Assembly (NCBI RefSeq): GCF_006345805.1
Contig: NC_042998.1
Location: forward strand, 29,884,001-29,917,000
Source of the DNA: Octopus sinensis
Taxonomy: Eukaryota
Length of the DNA: 33,000 bases
Direction: 5' to 3'
Position numbers and translations under genes: made by a program. The notes beneath the pieces are model-generated. The model worked only from the letters and a program-made list of their open reading frames with translations. It had not been told where the DNA came from and made no database searches. Within the stretch, counting starts at the first letter, position 1; each line of letters begins with the position of its first letter. Shown in pieces: positions 24,317 through 33,000 of the stretch.

Positions 24317-24510
24317 GGCGGTGAGCTGGCACAAACGTTAGCACGCCGGGCGGAATGCGTAGCCGTATTTCGTCTGCGGCAACGTTCTGAGTTCAAATTC
24401 ATCCTTTCGGGGTCGCTAAATTAAGCACCAGTTACGCACTGGGGTCGATATAATCGACTTAATCCGTTTGTCCCCTCTGTGTTTAGCCCCTTGTGGGTAG
24501 TAAAGAAATA
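24317..24510 (+). mobile_element. SINE family A, type-2 tail, with perfect 19-bp target-site duplication
   Basis: TGTATATACTAACTACAAA at 24298-24316 and 24511-24529. Confidence 0.92.
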
Positions 24511-24614
24511 TGTATATACTAACTACAAATATATTTTTTTTTAAATAGTCATATTAATGATGAAGTAATTATTATACCCCTCCCCTCTACAGGATGCAAA
24601 GCAATGTCGATCAC

Positions 24615-24742
24615 GTTGAGTTCCACTTAGCATTTCATACTTTCGGGGATAGTAAAATAAGTACCAGCTGAGCCCTAGGTTCAATGTAATTGGCTAACAT
24701 TCGCCCACAAAATTTGAAGCCTTGCGCCTATCGTAGAAATAA
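24615..24742 (+). mobile_element. Headless, diverged SINE family A fragment (type-1 tail)
   Basis: TTTCATACTTTCGGGGATAGTAAAATAAGTACCAG..CAAAATTTGAAGCCTTGCGCCTATCGTAGAAA. Confidence 0.65.
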
Positions 24743-24899
24743 TAAAGAGGAAAAAACATATTTGCAAAACAAATACATAAAAACATCTTAAAATAGGAAG
24801 CAATGCATTTTATCAATGTAATTCGACATAACTAATTTAATAAATAATATTGGATATATGAATGTATTGTCTATGGTTATTTGCATAGTTTTCATGTTA

Positions 24900-25190
24900 A
24901 GAACTTTGCAAATTCATGGTGGGATTGCTTCTAAATTTATTGGACTGGAGCAGAATTTCGAAATAGTCCCCTGCTGATTTTGAGTCGGGTTCTTTTGTAG
25001 ATTTAAGTGCGTGTCTATTGATTTGAGATAAAGTGGGTCGGAAGGTCATATTTTGTATATGTTGTGTCTTAATTCCATAAAAGTTGGTTGAACTGATTCT
25101 TTTTTTATTTACTAGGACGGGATTTGTCCTATCTGTGCGTCTGAGCTTTGTTTATTTTAACTTTTAATTGGGCCGTCCCATTTTCCATAA
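24900..25190 (-). mobile_element. Possible Penelope RT N-terminal relic
   Basis: FYGIKTQHIQNMTFRPTLSQI resembles the FYGLPKxHKxxxPxRPIISqi motif; short and decayed. Confidence 0.35.
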
Positions 25191-25511
25191 TATTGTGAAA
25201 TTGCTGTTGGCTTATAGTTCACTGTTAAATATTAAAAAATACACACCTACTCTGCATATTATATAGTCACTTCATTTTAACTATTAGTAGTTAATACATA
25301 ACGATAACTTGCTGTTTCTTACAAAATCCCACTGAACTGTTATTTCGCTCACATAAGCTTTACTGAAAATGGTCAAAGAAGTTTCTCTGTAAATTCTGAC
25401 GAAAATAACGAATAAAATGCTGCTCACTTTAGTCTCTCACACAGTAACATGATTACAAACAAGCAAGTGTAAACGATACACACTCGCCGACCAATACCAA
25501 TTACCTTAATC

Positions 25512-25985
25512 AAAAAACTGTGATTGAGCCAATGTCATGTCCAGCGTATGGAGCCCTCTCGTTTCCCGAAAATCACGCTCTACGGAGAACTTGCATTCGG
25601 AACAAGACCCAGAGAAGGCCCAAAATTCCGTTGTAAAGACCAGCACAAACGGACCGTGACTCACACTGACATCCAGCCATCGTCATGGGAACAGATTGCC
25701 ATGGCTATGGCAGCCTAGACGACTGCTATCCGCAATGGAGCCAGCTCCTTCGAGAGCTGGTTCCATTGCGGATAGAATGAGGCGGTCAAACGCAGGAGAA
25801 GAAAGGGTCATCTTCAACATCTTCGACCCGCACCGACCATCCAGTGGGAATTCTGCCCAAGAATCTTTCACCACTGACTTGGACTCGAAAGTCACATTAG
25901 GCACAAATATCTGCCTAGGGGCCTGGATAGAAACGGACAAACCCAAAGTACGGATACGAGCTGGAGCCTACGAAGAAAACGAATG
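25512..25985 (+). mobile_element. 3' end of an RTE-clade LINE (dead)
   Basis: One frame through stops: CHVQRMEPSRFPKITLYGELAFGTRPREGPKFRCKDQHKR..WEQIA..*TTAIRNGASSFES..KRRRRK..WEFCPRIFHH*LGLESHIRHK (RTE WaGHv.RM...RlPk.llygEl..G.R..G.P..r.kD motif plus terminal C2H2-like finger). Confidence 0.85.
25726..25775. other. 22-bp stem / 6-nt loop hairpin within the RTE relic
   Basis: CTATCCGCAATGGAGCCAGCTC-CTTCGA-GAGCTGGTTCCATTGCGGATAG; one G.U pair in plus-strand RNA, otherwise perfect. Confidence 0.9.
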
Positions 25986-26075
25986 TTTCTTTTTTGAAAT
26001 ATAATAATTTCTAGTAATTAAGTAGTTATTAAACATACGGTTAATGCAATTATCAAGATTCTGTGACTTGTGAAC

Positions 26076-26124
<49 letters not shown>

Positions 26125-26529
26125 GTTTGTGTGTGTGTAATGTTGATAATCATGGTTTTTGGTAGTAAAATTCACATTCGGTATTTTATTGTCAATCAAT
26201 ATTATTTGTTAACAGCATCAACATTTCGAACTTGAGTTGTTTTGTCTCCTCCCTTCCGTTATTTTCAGTTTCCTAACAGATATGTCATTCAGACATAAGA
26301 AGCTGTTATATATAATGTATTATATATAACAAACTTGTATTGAGGCCAGTAATTCATCGCTGAAAAATGTGTGTGTGTGTGCTTGTATGTATGTGTGTGT
26401 GTTAGTGTATATGTACGCCCGGATGTTTGAATATGTACATCAACATATATATATATATATAATGATATATGCACACCTATATATATATAATATATGTATG
26501 TATGCTTATATAGAGAATTAAGCTAGACA

Positions 26530-27112
26530 TCCTTTTCTACTCTAGGCACAAGGCCCGAAATTTTGTGGAAGGGTACAGGTCGATGAGATCGACCTCAGTA
26601 CGTAACTGGTACTTAATTTATCGACCCCGAAAGGAGGAAAACCAAAGTCGACCTAAGCTGAATTTGAACTCAGAACGTAATGACAGACGAAATACCTATT
26701 TCTTTACTACCCACAAGGGGCTAAACACAGAGAGGACAAACAAGGACAGACAAAGGGATTAAGTCGATTAAATCAACCCCAGTGCGTAACTGGTACTTAA
26801 TTTATCGACCCCGAAAGGAGGAAAACCAAAGTCGACCTAAGCTGAATTTGAACTCAGAATGTAATGACAGACGAAATACCTATTTCTTTACTACCCACAA
26901 AGGGCTAAACACAGGGAGGACAAACAAGGACAGACAAAGGGATTAAGTCGATTAAATCAACCCCAGTGCGTAACTGGTACTTAATTTATCGACCCCGAAA
27001 GGATGAAAGGCAAAGTCGACATCGGAGGAATTTGAACTTAGGACGTAACGGCAGACGAAATACGTCAACGCATTTCGCCCGGCGTGCTAACGTTTCTACC
27101 AGCTCGCCGCCT
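26530..27112 (-). mobile_element. SINE family A tandem array: one headed copy plus two headless units (184-bp period)
   Basis: Unit boundaries TATTTCTTTACTACC at 26697 and 26881; the duplicated 184 bp differ at 3 positions; the distal unit has the type-1 tail. Confidence 0.92.
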
Positions 27113-28411
27113 TATATAGAGTTAAGCCGGACATCATTGTTTTTGGGCCAACAAATTCATGAATTTTTTTGATAGCATATATCATGATAAATACATTCTG
27201 TTAATCATATGCAAATTTTTTTAAATATGGCAAACCTTAAACACACTTTTGTGGTATGAATCTTGAAATCATGAGGGGTGATTCATATGGGTTATTTTAT
27301 TGTGTATGTGGTTCAAACGTTATGCTGAAAGAAAATCATTTCCAACCCTCTCAAAGAGAAAAAAAATCTTATAAATAAAATCAATCTAATAGAAAACATT
27401 GATTTCGATTCTAGTTGCTTTGATTTTTTTTCCTTTTTTAAGTAGTCGACTTGTTTGAGAAATGTAGGAATGTAATGAAATGGATGTTAAAATGTATTGA
27501 AGAATGAAATCAATATGAAAAAATTTAAAGCTAATTTTATTTCGTACACAGCAGGGATTCGCTTTCGTAAATTTTTCTTGATGTTGCTATCTAACAATTT
27601 TTTAAAAGAATTCCAGGACTGTAAATCTTTTTATGCAAGCAGCCAGAAACTAACTGGAAATTTCTATGCTGTGAAGTCTATTGAAAATGGTATTTTATAA
27701 GCTTCAAAATTGCGGAGTATAGATGTCTATAGGATATGGCGGAGTATACAAGATGTTTATAAGATATGTCGGAAAAATTATTTCTACTTGATATCATAGT
27801 TTTAATTTATTTTATTAGCCTCCATATGAATTTTGGTAAAAATATGAGACTCGTCAAGTATGATTCCGGAATGAATGTTCAACAATTAGTGATTATTAAT
27901 TCGATTCGAAGTAAATGCAAAATCTAATGCTTTAAAGTGCATTTCTTTTATAAAATGTACGGTAAATAATATTTTTGGTATCGTCTACACAATAATAGAC
28001 ATTCAATTAGATTTCAACTGTTAAATATGCTGACATTTGTAAAATGGTGAATCGTAAATTTGAGAGGGATCCATAATCATGACAGACCCAACTTGCAAGG
28101 CATTTATACAAATATTTCTGAGACGTTTATTAAAATGATTACTATCAGTCGGATAATGCTTTCGTGACAATCTAAATATTTTAAACACTAGCAACAAAAT
28201 CTGATTACAAGAAAGATTCAGCAACAGGATGATAGCCTTCTTCTAGCTGCTATTGTCCCGGTGATGTTGTTATGTGAGGTTATAATGCTTTATAGATCTA
28301 AACTTATTAGCGAAAACTCTTCGTGGTTCAGCAATGTATTAGTATTTGAAACAAAACGATATCGATCTGCATTAAAAGAATATGTACATGTGTATGTGTG
28401 TGGTGTGTATA

Positions 28412-28821
28412 TCTTTTCTCTTTTTACTTGTTTCAGTCATTTTGACTGTGGCCATGCTGGTGCACCGCCTTTAATCGAGCAACTCGACCCCGGGAGTTAT
28501 TCTTTGTAAGCCCAGTACTTATTCTATCGGTCTCTTTTGCTGAACCGCTAAGTGACGGGGACATAAACACACCAGCATCGGTTGTCAAGCAATGCTAGGG
28601 GGACAAACACAGACACACAAACATACACGCACATACATATATATATATACATATATACGATGGGCTTCTTTCAGTTTCCGTCTACCAAATTCACTCACAA
28701 GGCTTTGGTCGGCCCGAGGCTATAGTAGAAGACACTTGCCCAAGGTGCCACGCAGTGGGACTGAACCCGGAACCACGTGGTTGGTAAAACAAGCTACTTA
28801 CCACACAGCCACTCCTGCGCC
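28412..28821 (-). mobile_element. SINE family B, full length (tRNA-like head, internal CA/TA tract, 3' stem-loop tail)
   Basis: Head AGGCGCAGGAGTGGCTGTGTGGTAAG..GGTTCAGTCCC; CACCTTGGGCAAGTGTCTT domain; tail GGCGGTGCACCAGCATGGCCACAGTCAAAATGACTGAAAC. Confidence 0.88.
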
Positions 28822-28851
28822 TTTATATATAATATATATATATATAATATA

Positions 28852-28902
<51 letters not shown>

Positions 28903-28908
28903 AAGTAG

Positions 28909-29168
28909 CTGTCAACTTAATGTGACAGTCCCATGAAGGGAATCATTCTACTGCTATTTAGCCTTAAGAAGCAGCAACGCTTCCTGCCGGCCTTGACACA
29001 TTTCCTGTGTTTGCAAGGGGGGCGATACGCACCCCCATCCAACTGAGCCTGCATCCAGTCTGGATGAGACAGGAAATGTGTCAGGGCCGAAAGAAAGCGT
29101 TGCTGCTTTCTAGGGCTAAATAGCAGTACTATGATTCCCTTCATGGAACTGTCACATTAAGTTGACAG
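28909..29168. mobile_element. Fold-back element with 100-bp inverted arms (90% identical) and a 60-nt structured centre
   Basis: 28909-29008 vs 29069-29168: 10 mismatches, no gaps; TA just outside both ends (one extra G on the left). Confidence 0.75.
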
Positions 29169-29227
29169 TATACAACTACTTTATCGTACCACTACTACAT
29201 AAATCTCTCAGATATTTAGAAATGTAT

Positions 29228-29264
<37 letters not shown>

Positions 29265-29325
29265 AATCCCCAAAAGGTATAAGAAAGTAACGGAGTGACA
29301 ATAAAAACACGCAGACAGATAGACG

Positions 29326-29365
<40 letters not shown>

Positions 29366-29401
29366 ACATATTTATAAAAGTCAGACCATGTCTTGAAATA
29401 A

Positions 29402-29476
29402 TTTAATACATACGTTTCAGATTTGCGTAATGTTTATTAGGATATACATCCATTATGTAGACCTTCCTCAGTTAAA
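29402..29476 (-). ncRNA. Type I hammerhead ribozyme, core intact; predicted cleavage between 29407 and 29406
   Basis: UUUAA CUGAGGA AGGU..(38 nt)..AUCU GAAAC GUAU GUA|UUAAA; stem I is 5 A-U pairs. Confidence 0.65.
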
Positions 29477-29502
29477 GTATTTTTTAAATATTTTTGAAAT
29501 TC

Positions 29503-29577
29503 TTTAACTGATAAAGACTTACGTAATGGATGCATTTGCTGTTATATATTCTGCAAATCTGAAACGTACGGAATAAA
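29503..29577 (+). ncRNA. Mutated twin hammerhead (G8-to-A, U16.1-to-G), probably inactive
   Basis: UUUAA CUGAUAA AG..AUUUGC..GCAAAU CU GAAAC GUAC GGA AUAAA. Confidence 0.55.
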
Positions 29578-30535
29578 TAATTTCAAAATATCACCATTTG
29601 GCTTTGGTTGGACTTCATTATAATGAATATGACTCGATGCCAGTGATATTTAAAAAGCCGGTCTTGATGCCACTTGGTCGGATAGGCTATCAGCGATTCG
29701 GAATACTTTGACTCGAGTCGAAAATTCTGATACCGTATACCCCTTCATAACGTAACACGAAATATGTGTGTGTGTTTGTGCGCGTTATGTATGTATTTAT
29801 GTAGGTTTGCTTGCATGTGCGCATGATACGGTATTTACTAAGTATAGTACTGACATGTTTGTTCCTGTCTCATATTTGGCGTACTTCATTGAAACACACA
29901 ATAACTGCCCAAAACAACAATAGAAGTAAAATTGTAAAAATTTAACCATAAACTTTTATAAATTTACATGCGAAAGAAAGTGGGGGGAGGGAAATTTGGC
30001 AATATATGTGTGTATTTAAATATATACATATACGTATTTCTATACCCACTCACGTAAACACATATACATACATACACTCTTTCCGTGATTATTCACACGC
30101 ATGCACAAGTTTTTATGCTCGTACATATGCATATATGTGTATATATGTATATATGAGCATATATTTTTCCTTTCGATTTTCTCATACCTCAGTTGATATA
30201 TGCTTTAATATGTATGACTGTATTCATACGGTTGCATTTCCCTTATATACCTTTTTTTATCATCATGAGTTTCACATATTTTTCTCGTGATGATTTCGCT
30301 CTGAAATTATTCTCACTCGTAAATCGAAAATAATTATAGACTTTAGAGTTTAAAAATCATTTACTACAAAACTGATACACAAAATTTATATCGACAAGTA
30401 ATTATAAAAATACAAGATATGTACGCACGCACACGTACGTATATACACACTCACACATAGGTACACACTCACACATAGGTACACACTCACATAATCACAT
30501 GCATATACACATATTGATTTATTCATTTTTATTTT

Positions 30536-31841
30536 ATTTATTTCATCTAGTTTCAGCTCACGAGCTGTGGCCATGCTGGGCACCGCCATTTGGTGTTGCT
30601 ACATAATTTTACTACACGAATGCTTTTTAGCAATTGACATTTGGTGCATGAGAGAGTTTGATGCAGCTTCCTTCATCTGCACCTCCTGCCACAAAGTTGG
30701 TTCATCTGGGACATTTGACAGGAAGAGTTTCAGCTTTATTTTGAAGACAGCTACATCCACCCCATGCAGGTCTCTCAGGTCCTTCGGGAGGATATTGAAG
30801 AGCTGTGGACCTCTGAAGCCCAGGCTATCACAGTATCTTGTCCTACATCTTGATGGCAAATTTGGAGTTCTTGGCACTATGAAGTGTTGCCCAGTTCTAG
30901 TATTTGAGTAACTCTCGATGCCAAAGTTTGGGACAAGTCCTTCAAGGAATTTCCAAATGTATATAATGGCATATCTTTCCCGCTTACGCTCTAGAAAATA
31001 GTCTTAATCCCTTGAGTCTTTCCCAATAGCTTATATGCTGCATACAGTCTATCTTCTTCGTGTAGTTTCGTTGGATTGCCTCAAGTTCTGAGATTAATTT
31101 GACACTGGTTGGTGACCATAGCTGAGAGCAATAGTCAAAGTGGCTTAGGACAAGTATCCTCCAGAGGACCATCATCGATTCCTGATCTCTTGTTCTAAAA
31201 GTTCTAAGAATCCATCCGGTCAGCCGCCTACATTTCATTGCCAATTTAGCAACATGCACATTACACATGTAAAAGCCCAAGTCTCGTACTGACTGTGCCT
31301 CTGGGAATGCAATCCCTCCAGGTCCAGTGTATTTAATGGGTACTGAACTTAGTTTTGCATGCTGATAGCACAAAATGCATGCTATTTTTTCAGCCCACTT
31401 GTATAGTTCATCCAGCTCACATTGCAGGTGCATAGTGCCTTCAGGTTGCTGTGAGACTTTTGTATCATCTGCATAACTTGTGATCGTGCTCTCTGTGTGG
31501 CTGAGGGCATGTCTGAGAGGGCAATTATGAACAGTAGTGGTCCCAAAACAATGCCTTGCGGAACACCGCTCGCTATTTGCGTGTCGATGGAGGTGGCCCC
31601 ATTGGCTACTACCACCTGACTTCTTTCCATCAAAATGTCATTAAGCCATTCTCCCAATTTTCCAACTATGCCGAGATCACGCAGTTAGTAACATATCATT
31701 CTATGATTGACTTTATCACAGGCCTTTGCAAAGTCAGGATATATCACTTCCACATTTTAGTGGTTGAGCAACTGTTTCAGAACCTACTCATAGTTTTGTA
31801 AGAGCTGAGTCCGGCAGCTTTTGGTCGAAAACCATGTTGAC
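30536..31841 (-). mobile_element. CR1-type (jockey superfamily) LINE, 5'-truncated, RT to 3' end, frameshifted
   Basis: HGFRP..DFAKACDKV..LGEWL..SGVPQGIVLGPLLFII..SYADDTK..VRDLG..GWILRTFRTRD..LSHFDYCSQLWSP..LEAIQRNYTKKI..YWERLKGLRL..RGPQLFNILPKDLR..FLSNVPDEP; ends in a stem-loop and an A-rich tail. Confidence 0.92.
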
Positions 31842-32114
31842 AAATATATAGGATATACATGTATATATATCAATCAATATATATATATGTATATGAACAA
31901 GTAATCATACTCATATATATATAAATGTATGTGTATTTTTTCAATGTGTACAAATAACACGGAAAAATACATAGTTACAAGGGTACCAAAAAATTCACAT
32001 CAGTACCAAGTATGTTACAGACTACTTAATTACTAATTTTTTATAACAGATAAAGAAATAGACAAGGTTTTATTCGAAGAAAGAGGATTTGAATGACACC
32101 TCCGTTACTCCATT

Positions 32115-33000
32115 AGTTATATATATGATATATATTATATATATTATATAGATATTAATTTATATATTTATATATTATATATATATATATATATATAATA
32201 TATATATATATATCATATATATAATAGATATATATATATATATATCATATATATATTATATATATATATAATATATTCATATATATTATTATATTCTATC
32301 ATATATATATATATCTTATATATTGTCTTATATATATTCATATACATCTTATATAAGATATACAGTATATCATATACTATATATACTCTCTATATTGATT
32401 ATTTTATATGTATATAGATATTATATTGATAGTTAAATCATTATATTTATATGTATATATATATATTATATTTATGATATATATATATTGTATTTATATG
32501 TATATATATATATTATATTTATATGTCTAGATATATATATATTATATTTATATGTATAATATATATATTATATGTGTATATTATATATATATTATATATA
32601 ATATATATTATATATATGTGTATATATATATATATTATATTTATATGTGTATATATATATATATTATATTATATGTGTATATATATTATATATTTTATAT
32701 TATATGTATAAGATTATTATATTTATAGTATATCTATATTATTTATTTATATGTATATATATATATATTATATTATATTATATATATATTTATTTATTTA
32801 TAGTATATATTATATATATATTTATATGATATATATTATATGTATGTAGATATTATATATATATTATATATATTATATATTTATATATATATATATATAT
32901 ATTATGTATATATATATATATAATATTTTATGTATATATATATATATATTATTAATTTTATGTATATATATATATATATATATTATATTTAGATGTATAT
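32115..33000. repeat. Degenerate (TA)n/(TATT)n low-complexity tract
   Basis: Directly visible. Confidence 0.95.

Larger units (their letters stand above)
29393..29586. repeat. 85-bp inverted repeat (19 mismatches, no gaps, 24-nt spacer); each arm is a hammerhead copy
   Basis: 29393-29477 vs 29502-29586. Confidence 0.9.

Noticed and set aside
24317-24400. SINE heads as tRNA genes
   Set aside because: A/B boxes are present but the anticodon arm is replaced by a long hairpin and the sequence continues into a SINE body; multicopy and diverged.
23145-25185. 15-bp inverted match AAAATGGGGAGGCCC / GGGCCGTCCCATTTT as TIRs
   Set aside because: Only 13/15, does not extend, and there is no TSD.
26697-27064. 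184-bp tandem units as a CRISPR array, retrozyme or HDV-like ribozyme (GGGCTAAA)
   Set aside because: No unique spacers; no CUGANGA/GAAA core in the unit; no P2/P1 partner for an HDV fold. The units are SINE sequence.
27497-27700. Kinase-like TGNFYAVKSIE peptide
   Set aside because: No glycine-rich loop, wrong spacing, and no downstream kinase exons.
29055-29095. CUGGAUGAG..GAAA as an intact hammerhead (also CUGGAGA..GAAA at about 5745-5770 and CUGACGA at about 17626)
   Set aside because: Core is non-canonical, or stems I/II cannot be formed.

Overview
This is AT-rich eukaryotic non-coding DNA (intergenic or deep intron), saturated with microsatellites and transposon relics. The tRNA-derived SINE families and the (TA)n/(TATG)n load point to an octopus genome; that is inferred from my recollection of cephalopod repeats, not from a search. 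I find no intact host CDS, rRNA, true tRNA gene or CRISPR array, and most ORF-track entries are microsatellite artefacts or broken transposon frames. Recognisable relics: two Tc1/mariner (maT/DD37D-like) elements, a head-to-tail cluster of three R4/Dong-type RLE non-LTR elements bounded by (TAA)n plus a fourth RLE 3' end, several Penelope-like (PLE) fragments, an RTE 3' end, a 1.3-kb CR1-type LINE, about a dozen SINE copies from three families, and several fold-back elements. The main hidden signal is a series of type I hammerhead ribozyme (HHR) motifs at PLE ends. Two keep every invariant core base (23166-23226 minus; 29402-29476 minus, which has an inverted mutated twin), one has a single core substitution (16004-16065) and two are decayed. 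PLE-associated HHRs are a known class, so any novelty lies in these loci and their architecture. Other highlights: a 22-bp pre-miRNA-sized hairpin apparently created by an in-frame template switch inside a dead RTE, a SINE and a CR1 LINE sharing a covarying 3' stem-loop, and two perfect CRE palindromes 139 bp apart.
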